Part shown: positions 1-10,119 of the stretch, piece by piece | Layout of the letters: each line of letters opens with the position of its first letter | How positions within the stretch are numbered: the stretch's first letter is position 1 | From: Chlorokybus atmophyticus | Lineage: Eukaryota; Plantae; Mesostigma and Chlorokybus algae | Direction of reading: 5' to 3' | Length of the DNA: 64,000 bases | NCBI GenBank assembly: GCA_009103225.1 | Contig: RHPI01002204.1 | Coordinates: 1 to 64,000, forward strand | Program-made: the position numbers and the translations under genes | Notes under the pieces: model-generated | Databases searched by the model: none | Seen by the model: only the letters and a program-made list of their open reading frames with translations | Told to the model about the DNA's origin: nothing

Positions 1-127
1 TCGAAGCAACCAACTGATGACGGTGTGACGCAGTTGACTATTGCAATTGCAGTGTCGCAAGCATGCAGCTAACCCACATGTGATTTTTTGACAGCACCAC
101 AGTGCACTAAGTCCTGTTGGAGCTCCT

Positions 128-3100
128 ATGCAAATTCAATCCCATCAACTGGTCCTTCAATCCCACTTGCTGATGGGCGCGGCGGCAATGCGGCATCAGT
201 TTAACATGCATGTTGGCCTGTTGAATCCCGACATGTCCATTGGGGCAGTGGCGCATGATGTGCCCATGGCTCAAGAGCTCCGTGACGAGTCTGCCATCGA
301 GGGTGGCGGGGAGAGTGCAGCCAATACCACCTTGTCAGCCCCCATGGCTTCCCCTGCTCCATGCAGCCCACGGGCCATTGAGGTAAGTCGCTGTCTTTTA
401 TGCTCGTGCCTTGGTAACAATGCGTCAGGCACTGCATAAGCTTATATTCGTCCTTTGCAACATTGTGAGCCATCTTATCCTGGGTCCTGTATACAGCCCC
501 CCTTGCTGCATGCACAAGTGGTCTCACCTGCAGCTCCTGCTCCCCTCCCAGCCAGAGCGCAACCACCTTCCGCGGCACCAGTCCTTCGTGCACTGCCATC
601 TCCTCCACGAGCAGCACCGGTGATTGCGGGGCAACAATCCTTCTTGCCGCCACCGGCGAGACCACAGCACAATGCAACAACCGATGTGGCTTCTGCACCT
701 ACCTTACCCCACCCGCTGCAAGTTGAAGCCGGCAGTCTGCCCCAAACTCAGGTACTTTATCAGTCACTGTGACTCTTGCCGTCCACAGTTGGACACACCA
801 TGTGAGTGCTGTATGCGCATGCAGCAGGGGTCACCACCTGCCAGCGAGTCATCAGAGGAGCTGGCCGCAACCCGCATACGGCCATCAGTCATGCTAGGTG
901 GCCAGCTCGCCTCATGGGACCACTTCAATGCGCCAACGGATGGTAATTGCTTCTACCATTGTGTATTTCGCGCCAGGCCATCCATAGCGCAAAGTGTCCT
1001 GGATGATCACAAGTGCCCCAGCTCGAGCAGATTTTGGGCCATGCTGGACACCATGGACGACGACGGCAGGGGGCACACTCTCCGCAAAATCACCGCCAAG
1101 GCTGTCGATGCAGGCGTGGCGAGCAGAATCCTAGACTTCTGCAGAGCCACTGGTGCCGCGGGAGAGATGGCGCAGTATTACGACAAACTGCCTGCGACCA
1201 TGTTGGCTGATATCAACTGCAACATTGACCTAGCCATGGCCAAGGTGCGACAGATCGTGCGGAGAAAAGATGTGTACGTCGAGCACCTGCAGATGACCAT
1301 GTTTGCCAACAAGCTGGGCTTGTTGATTGGCTGCGTGACCGTTCAGCGCGAGCATGGGGAGTGGGTGCCACGGCCCGGCAGCGCAGTTTGGGTTGGAAAT
1401 AAAGAAGCCCCCAACTCAGTCCTGGTGGTGGGCAACACTGCTCCTGATGAGCCAGAAGCACACTTTTGGCTCCTCAAGCCTGCAAGCACCGAACAGTGGT
1501 CGTGGCCTATGCATGAAGTGCCACCGGAGGTAACACACCTGATCGGAGAGTGGCGGCATGGCGTTGCCAATTCCCCGCTACCACCGGCTGTGACCCAGAG
1601 TGCTGCGCCAACGCCTCAGGCCTCGCCTTCGTGTGCTAGGCAAGAAGTAGCCGAGTGTTCTGCACATCCTGCCTCCCCTCAACCACAGCCACATGCTCGC
1701 AATCCCAATTCAGCACCCTCCCTTCCTGCCGCGGAGACTCACTTGCCACCGCACTCTGACCATCCGGAGGCATCTCCATCAAGAAGCAGCTGTAGCTCGC
1801 CCTCTCCCTCTAAGCTTGCCACATTGATCCCAGCCTGTCTTGTTGGTAAAGAGATTGATCGAGGTGTCCTGAAAGCTGCGCTGAAAGACAAAGGCTTCAT
1901 GCTCGACCTCATGAAGCAACATGAGGTCGTGGAGGAACGGGAGGCAACCAACAAGCGCAAGGCTGTGGAGCAAGAAGATAACGCCTTACCTCCTCTGAGT
2001 GACAGTGCCACGGAGAGCGCCTGCCAGGATGTGCAGGGTGACAAAAAAAAAAAGAAGAAGGTTGTTGGAACAAAGGACGCTGACAGGACCAAAAAAGGAA
2101 AGGTGAGGCATCGTTACAACATTAGAAGAAGCACAGCGCCTTGAAGCCTCACTGGGGCTGACTGTGTGTCCTGAGTAGGCACAGGCGGGTTTACAGCGTC
2201 AAGTGGCTGCTCAGCATCGTCCAGAGAGACAGCCGGTGCGGCACGAGCTGCCTAAGCTCAAAGCACCGACGCGCAGACGCTTTGGGGGGCTGACTCGTAG
2301 TGCAAAGGAGTTGATCACCCTACAGTACGCCCAAGACGCGCTGCATCACCGCATGCGGCATGCCTCGAGGTGGGTGACGAAAGTTTGCAATAAGTGGGAG
2401 CAAACGCGGAGAATGCGGTCTAAACAGACCTCTGGGGATTGGCCGTGGTTGGAACCCATACACGATATGGCCATCCGTAGTACGTTGTTGCCCCTCGCCG
2501 TCCTCGATATGATGGTGTTGTTGCTGCCGCAGCACCCCGGCAATGTGCAAGAGCTATCTGCGGAGCAGAACTTCGACCTGCTGCAGCAGATGTACCTGTC
2601 GATGTCGACTAATGCGGGTCGAGATGTGTGCCACTACCTGAGCAAACATACTGGGTGGCAAGTAAAACCATTCGAGCTGTACTTGGCATGCTTTGGCTGG
2701 CAGTGGCTGTATGTCATACGGCACGTCGAGCTGATTCTGTGGAAGCTCGAAGAAAATGACGATGCGGGGGAGTACACGAGTGACGACAGCCATGTCGAGG
2801 GCCTGGATGAACGCATGCTGGACGAGACCACCAAGACCAGCAGGTGGTGTATGGCGGCAGATGGGCGTCAGGTGATCGAGCAGGCAGTGGAGCGTTATGC
2901 TGCGCCATTCAGATGGGAGTCGCTACGCCTGCGACGCGATAACAGAGTTTGGTGGCAGAGGCAGCTTGCACACCCGCGTGCACCATGTGTGCTGATTTGT
3001 CGCATTGAAGAGCCACCCCCCCCAGCGGATGGGGAGACGCCCTGTTGCAAGAAAGCGATGTGCCATGTCTGCATCATAGCACATCAGAAGACTGTGGCAA

Positions 3101-3213
3101 ATAAATCAAAGAATCTACAAGCGTGTCCATTCTGCAAGCAACCTCACCCGTTTTGGTCGCCACGCCTGATGCAAGACGCCAACGTGTCGGCGGTGATTTG
3201 GCCCCCGCCTTGA
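128..3213 (+). CDS. Spliced OTU-like cysteine protease / RING-like finger fusion protein (~930 aa; 5' end may extend outside window)
   Basis: Phase-0 GT-AG introns 383-496, 752-824/827 and 2103-2196 join ORFs 128, 455, 624 and 2203 in frame with no stops. OTU motifs: FNAPTDGNCFYHCV and EAHFWLL. Basic patch DKKKKKK. C-terminal CVLIC...PCCKKAMCHVC...CPFC. Confidence 0.7.
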
Positions 3214-3537
3214 TGCCAATTGTGCATGTATTGTAGTTTTGTGTTGGCTTCCTGTGAACCATGTAGGTACATGTATAGTTGCAGCATGGTGCATGGTGCA
3301 CCAGAGATCTGCTGTTGTTAGAAGCATTGGCTGTACATGTGTATGATGACTGCCCGGCGCATGAGTCAGTGCATGGCTTGCATACCTCGCTGGTTTAGAG
3401 CGTGGTTGACAGCAACAAACTCGGACAGCGCTCTGGGTTCCATGGCATGACAGCACAGTATTACTCTACGATCGTGGTAGTATGCGAGTATCCTTGTACT
3501 GTAGTACCATTAACAGATGGAGTACCATTCATGTTGA

Positions 3538-3561
3538 TGCAGTACCATGCATGGTACTGCA
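3538..3561. promoter_or_regulatory. Perfect 24 bp palindrome TGCAGTACCATGCATGGTACTGCA in a cluster of six GTAC sites (3496-3577)
   Basis: Self-reverse-complementary sequence ~135 bp upstream of the ATG at 3697. Function is inferred only. Confidence 0.45.
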
Positions 3562-3696
3562 ATAGCGTATAAGGTACAGTCGTGCTTCACTTGAAGTTTG
3601 ACCCATTTAGGGTTCGTAAGCTGGCAACCCTTAATTGTTGCCCATACCCTAAAGTCTCGCTCAGTTTGTGGGCAGCCGTGCCGATTCCTATTTTGC

Positions 3697-5419
3697 ATGA
3701 TGTCGGCGGCAGTAGTTGAATCACCCTCACCTAGGAGACCATGCTTGGTGTGCCCACAATGCAATGCGTACGTATGTGCCAATGGCCATAGGCAGCAAAT
3801 GCGAGCACACTTGACCGAATGCCAGCGAGTGCAGACAGTGTGCCACGGTTTTAGTGCTGCTTGCTGGCATCACACCACACACAATGTCGACGTGTTTGGC
3901 TGCCGCCTCGGCCAAGTGCTGTGCAAGGAACCCGAGTTTTTCCATTGCGTGCAGTGCGTGTGCGAATCGTGCTCGCGCTCATGCTTCGAGTGGCGAGGGG
4001 AACCCATGCGCTTCTTCACATGGACAACACCGGGACATGTGGTTAGTGGACAGGTGGTGGATGCTGTGGAGGTAATCCACAAGAGTGGACCGCGACGTAT
4101 CACTGCATGTTATGTTGGGCGTATGCTTATTTCATGCATGTTGAAGCTGTTGTCGCATTCAGAGCAGTCTTGCACGGTGTGGGCGTGGGCAGTTCCATCC
4201 CCGGCCGCTGTAGAGGAGGCAGACCATTGACCATTGGACAGCGCACTGCATCGGCTGCGGAACGCAGTTAAGTTGGGATGCAAGCAGCTGATCGGTGTGA
4301 GTGTCATGGTGCATTGGCCGCTGGATGGGGAATGGTATGCGGGCGTTGTGGAATCATTCAAGCAAGCGTCAGGTCAGCATCGCTTCGTGGCGTGCGAGAT
4401 TGAGGACGCATCATATATGCATGGTGCAATGGAAAATGTCTTTGCAGGGCAGCACCGTATAGTATTCGATGACGGTGATCGACCACAAACCATCAACTTC
4501 AAAGGGCACAAGGTATTCGCGTACACATCAGCTGACGGGGCACGCCATGTTCTGCGCGCCGGAGGGGAGAACGTCAGTCGCAAAGTAAGCTCGGACGGCA
4601 TCATTGTTAGTCCCTGGCCAGCACCACGGCCAGCCTTGACCACATACACGCCACTTGACAACAAGCTGGGACGCACACGCAGACCAAGGGCACTCGACCT
4701 ATTCTGCGGCGGTGGCGGTGCCAGTGTCGGTCTATACCACGCAGGCTTTGACGTGACCGGGATGGACATAAGTCCCTCCTCTGAGTACCCGCTGCCCTTC
4801 ATACACCGCGATGTATGCACCCTGAGTGCAGGAGAGCTGAGCGAGTACGAGCTCATCTGGGCCAGTCCACCATGCCAGGCCTATTCAGGTGCTATCCCGG
4901 CACCTCAACGGGCGGCACATGGCACATCCTGGAGACACCAGGATATGATACCGCTCGTCCGACGTCTGCTGCTTGCAAGCCAAGTTTGTGATTGAGAATG
5001 TGCCAGGAGCAGCTTCCTCATTCAGACCCAATCTGTCCCTTTGTGGCACGATGTTTGGCTTATCAACTTTTCGACACCGTCTGTTTGAGACACAGCCAGT
5101 GGTAGCTACCCCACCAGCACGCTGCTCACACGCGGGCAAGGCAGTTGGACTGCTATCGCCGCACCTGTCCGCTAGCGCGAAGAAGACAATCGTGACATCA
5201 AACGCGCCACAGCAGATGTACCCGGTCTATGGCCTTCCAAGCACCAGGGGCGGCATTGCTGCGTGGCAAACAGCGCTGGGAGTGCCATGGATGACCTCGG
5301 CCGTTTCCATAGCGAATGCAGTTCCTCCCGCAATGGCGGAGTGCATAGGGCGTCTCATGCTTGAAACAATGGATATGCGCTGTGACTACCCTCCTGTGTC
5401 ATGGAACTATGAGGCTTGA
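3697..5419 (+). pseudogene. Cys-rich + Tudor-like + phage-type C5 DNA cytosine methyltransferase, disrupted
   Basis: Tudor-like VHWPLDGEWYAGVVESF...GQHRIVFDDGD after removing the 75 nt intron 4373-4447. Methyltransferase motifs: I LDLFCGGGG, IV WASPPCQ, VI IENV, VIII RHR, X ANAVPP. In-frame TGA at 4228-4230 and a frameshift near 4975-4985. Confidence 0.85.
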
Positions 5420-5622
5420 GTGTGGTGCACTGTATTGATGCTTAATGCCACACGGCGGACTGATTGTTGAATGTTGCATGGATCATTCGATTGTGGTGAC
5501 AGTTGTGCAGTGACAGCTGCCCGGTATTGTACACGTCCACATGCAAAAGTCTTAGCATACGATTAGCAATGCCTAACTGACTGATTTGCTCCAAACTCAG
5601 AGTAGTGAGACAAGTACATGTG

Positions 5623-8600
5623 TCACGTGGAAGTGCAGTGAACGTTCACCCAATACTTGCCCTCTTGTACACGGGCGCTGTCCTTGTCAAACATGGGGAG
5701 CAGCTGGACAATGCCTTTTACTTGCTCCAGAGTCACGACATCGAGATGTGGACCGCCTCGACGCTTTTCCCATTCCAGAGCGATGCACTTTGTGTCGCTC
5801 GTCACATCCAGCTTCGTGTACCAGCGGACAAACACAACCTCCTTCCACACGCGCTCGCCGCTACCACCCCACACCACCACGCGCAGAAAAAGGAGTGCCT
5901 GAGCCCACCACGTCATGTTCACACCGTCATCACCTTCCAACTCAAGTGTAGAGAACCAAGGCCGCCCATGGAACATCCTAGTTGCGCGCGCCATGCTGAC
6001 TCATGATGTCATGTACACCGCTGCGCCTCCGTTCACCACGCGAACAGCACGCCACCCGTCGGCCAACTCCAGTTGTTCCCTCCTCAACCAGTTGTCAAGG
6101 GTGGCAGGCAGCTTGTCGGCAAATGGAGTCTTCAAGGCGACTTGGCGGCTACGCGCAGATCCGCTCCAGTACGGGCTGGACTCCCTCCTATCAGCACATC
6201 CATCCGTAGCAACTTGTCCGTCTTCTCCATGACATTACAGCACTGCTGCTGCGCCTGCGCTTTGACCGAGCGCATCTCGGGATCCACGACCATGCCATCC
6301 TCTCTCACATATTCCGCACAGCTCCATGCCTTCAGGATACGTGCCTGGTAGTCCCGGTTGTTGCCACCACGCGCCCACCGTTTGATATTTTGGGCGTGCG
6401 TCTGCTCCATGCGGTTGGCGCTGAACCAATCTGGGTGTCCACTGCTGACAATTGCCGGCCCAAAATGAGTGAGCTGATGCATCTTCTCGATCTTTCAACC
6501 TGACTTTCGTGCAGAATATGACGACAGTAGCGGATGCAGCATTGCAGCTTTGAAGGCAGCCAGCTCGTTGTCGGCTGTGGTCAGGGTCTCTCTTGTGTGT
6601 TCATGCGCCTTCAGCAACTTCTTGTTCCACTGGGCAAGCGATGCGGCAGCAATGGTGAAGAAATCGTTGCCCTCACTGTCGAGCAGCAAACCGTCTGCGA
6701 GGACCGGCAGCAGCTGCAGCACCGCCACTTTCTCCACCACCTGAAAGGAGTGGTCGGACAGGAAGAAATCTACTGTGCTTGTGGGTGCCTTGAAGTGCGA
6801 AACCCGCAGAGTCGCCTTGCATGCATTCAGCCTGTGCACATCTGCTCGTGAGCACGTGTTGTTGGCTTTTGTGTTGAACACAAAAGCAACACCACCGTGC
6901 CTGGCCTGCAGAATCTGTCTCGTGGATGGACGCATTCGTTCCTTCGCGGCGTCGTACACAGCAGCAAGCAGGTGGTCAATGATGCCTCCCAGCACATGCA
7001 TTGCGTCAGGGGCAAGACGAGAGTAGCAGTCAGCTCCCGGCACCCGCGACTGTCGCCAACCCCACAGTGCATTCTGTTGCCAAACCACATTGCCTGGTTT
7101 CACGGAAAGCCATTCATCCTCACGAATGCCGGTAATTTGACCATTACCTCCTCGACATGCATGGAGTGCTGCTCTTTGAAAGCCTTGGCTGTCTGGCGTG
7201 CATTCCTAACACCGCTATGCAGGTCCGCCCGCAGCTGACGTATTGCTGGTGTGTAGAAGGCCTCGGTTCTCAATTCCCGGTCCCCATCTCCAACAGATCT
7301 GATTTGGTGATGAGACAAACATCGCAAGGATGTCGTGTTTGGTTGCCCGACACAGTGCGTGCGAGTGTGGCAGTCTCTTACAACTCGACAAACTCAGATG
7401 TTCTACTGACAACATCCTCCATGCACTGTTTACTGGCAGGCTGCATCCGGTTACAACCATTCATGCCCACTACTTGCAAATCGCTGATGTAGTTGGCAAG
7501 CGCGGGAAACACACGACGCTCGATGCCATTCGGGTCGATGAGCTGCAGACCTTCCCAACTCGCCCGCTTCACATCCCCTAACACTACATTCAAAGCGTCA
7601 TGAAAAATCTCACGTTTCCGAATGGAGAACGATTCCTTGCCCTGCGCCCAGGTGGGATGCCCGGCCACTGCGTGAACCACCGGCAGAAGCGCTATCATAA
7701 CAACCCCCATGTTGCTAGCATACATGTCCCAACTGTAGTTGGCAAGCGATGCCATCAGAGGGTAGCCAGAGCGCTTGCCCGCGCTGTCCAGCGTGGTCTT
7801 GTCACTGTACAGAATGGCAGGCGCCAAGTAGGACGCTTCCCCCACCTCTCTCCTCAAATCCACCTCCACATCCTTCCACCAATCGCCCGTGGAAGGATGG
7901 CCAAAGCTGTGCTCGTCACCAGTGTACTGGAGATTGAAGCCATTGGCGGCATGTGGATTGCCATACAACCGCGCGAGCCATACCTGCTCCGACCAAGAGC
8001 ATTACTTACTATGCTGGCCTCAGAATAGATACTGCATCGATACTGCATTAGGTACTGCATTTCACAGACCTTGGCCGGCATATATGTGACGCAGATGTCC
8101 TGATCCTCAGGGTCTCCAGGCTTGCGCAGGTCAGCCGTCACGTAGTTCTGATACGGCAGCACACTCGCATGTGCATATGTGACATGGCTCTGATGGTTGA
8201 AGCACATGCACCGCACACCGTGAACACACCTCAGACTGAGAGAAAGCAATCGTGGTCCGGAGGTAGCTGGCCACATGCACACCGGTCTCCCACTGGAGCT
8301 CTTCCGTCAGGAAGTGTGCATTTCGGATGCACTTGATGATCCGCCCCATGTCGGAGGCCGACAGGCCTTGGTCGTTGTTGCACTGCACGAATGCCACTGC
8401 AAGAGCATGCTCCGAGCCATACCACCTGGATTCCGACGCGTGCGAAGGGACGCCTCCACTTCCATGTTGGCGTGCCACAGGTTTCTCAGGCACACGCACA
8501 CATCGAAAGCCCTCGTTCACTTCCTCCTCCTCCTGTTGCTGCTGTGTGTGTGTCTTCTGGAGGAATCCTTCAGCATCAAGCATGTGAGCATCCTGGATCG

Positions 8601-8754
8601 AACTCCCCGGTTCAACATGACCCGCATCGTACTGTAATGGACGCTGGCCGACATACAGCTTGATCTGCTTGCACACCCTGCTGCTAATAATGTGCATGTA
8701 GACCGAGCTGCGTGTGGCGAAGCGCATGTGGCAATACGGACAAAGGACTCCCAT
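5623..8754 (-). pseudogene. Plavaka-family transposase, multi-exon, disrupted
   Basis: N-terminal C2H2-like CPYCHMRF...H. Plavaka-like HPSTGDWW, LAPAILYSDKTTL...YPLMASLAN, NALWG...LAPDAMH, KMHQLTHF...FSANRMEQTH. C-terminal RATRMFHGRPWF...FVRWY...QLLP...YWVN. In-frame TGAs at 6495-6497 and 6001-6003; frameshift near 7290-7310. Confidence 0.8.
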
Positions 8755-8911
8755 ATCTCACTATTAACGTCGACACAGGTGTCGCCAATGTAACCTGCAT
8801 CATATCCAGCAACACGCACACCCGCCGCCGCCGCCGCCGCCGCCACCGCCACCGCTACCGCTACCCTTGCATGCCAGAGGCGGGAAACTTGGCCGCCAGT
8901 CACTGGCTCCG

Positions 8912-8933
8912 TCGTACCATTATAATGGTACGA
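8912..8933. promoter_or_regulatory. Perfect 22 bp palindrome TCGTACCATTATAATGGTACGA upstream of the transposase
   Basis: Self-complementary, with the same GTACCAT arms as the 3538 palindrome. Confidence 0.45.
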
Positions 8934-9040
8934 TCGAGCCATTGCACGTCCAGGGTGAGTCTCTGGATATTTTTATATACATATATATTCTGATTGAACC
9001 GTTTCAATGGTACGGAGATGCCTTGGCCAAAAGGTATAGG

Positions 9041-9082
9041 CATTGTACAAAGGTACCATTGAAATGGTACCTTTGTACAATG
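9041..9082. repeat. 20 bp perfect inverted repeat (CATTGTACAAAGGTACCATT) with 2 nt loop
   Basis: Arms 9041-9060 and 9063-9082 are exact reverse complements; contains GTACCAT. Confidence 0.85.
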
Positions 9083-9605
9083 GCAATGGCAGTTCGTACC
9101 ATTGACAACTCTGGCAATGTCAGTCCCCCTGCGCATGAAAACACCATTGATAGCTCCGCCAAGCTATGCCCTTACAAGGGCGTGATGCCGAGGGTATGTG
9201 GCGTTTGGAAGATCGTTGGCGGCGCTGCCAGGGGCGTAGTGGGCATTATGGTCGAGGTCCGGGATGAATTCCATGTTCGCACAGGGCGGGCAGGGTGCCG
9301 GAGGGGTGTCCTCGGTGTCAAACCCCACCATGCCTACCAAGGGCACAACCAATGACAACAGTGACTCGGGCGATATCTTATAGGGCTCCCCCTCCAAGTG
9401 GGCAAAGGCACACCACAATACTGCCTCTAAGAAAATCCGACCCACCAGCAGCTGCGACCACGGCGACATAATTGAAGGGACCAAACAAGACTGGCATAAC
9501 CAAGATGGGTTACGATGCACTGTCAATGCCACATGCTAGGGTTCTTTTATCTTGCACATGCACAGCCTCAAGTATCTTGCACTTGACATACATTGTCAAT
9601 ACGAC

Positions 9606-10119
9606 ATGCACACCCTCATGCACAACCTCCAGTGTCATGCACTTGAACAGCATGACCAATCTCGCAAATGCATAGCCTATTTCTACTTGCGGGAGCTCAC
9701 AAGTCGCAAAAGAGAAGCTGCGGAGTCAAATGAACGGGTAATCTATGACCTAGTTTAATGTTTCCAGCGGTAATTAAGTAGTATGCTTGCAGATTGCCAT
9801 GTTGGTCAGAGTGAACCAAGAGCAGCGCGACAGGCTGACTGTCTGCCTGGCGGAGTGCAACAAAGCGGAAGACGAGGTAAGCGTGTGTATGCTGATGGGC
9901 TAGACCTCTGGCAGCACGCCACTCTTACAGCATTACTAAATGCAGGTGGTCACTCTCAAAGCGACCATCAAGCGCATGCGCGTGCACGGCGAGGCGCTGA
10001 CATTCAAGCTCAAGGACGAAGTGGCCGCTGTACTGTCAGCGAGCGAGGCAGCGGATGAAGATGACTCCGGCGTTGAAGCAGAAGACTCGTCGGAGGAGGA
10101 ACAGGAGGAGGGGGTTTGA
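9606..10119 (+). CDS. Small spliced coiled-coil protein with acidic tail, unknown function (5' end uncertain)
   Basis: Two phase-0 GT-AG introns join ...ESNER | IAMLVRVNQEQRDRLTVCLAECNKAEDE | VVTLKATIKR...EDSSEEEQEEGV*. Confidence 0.5.
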
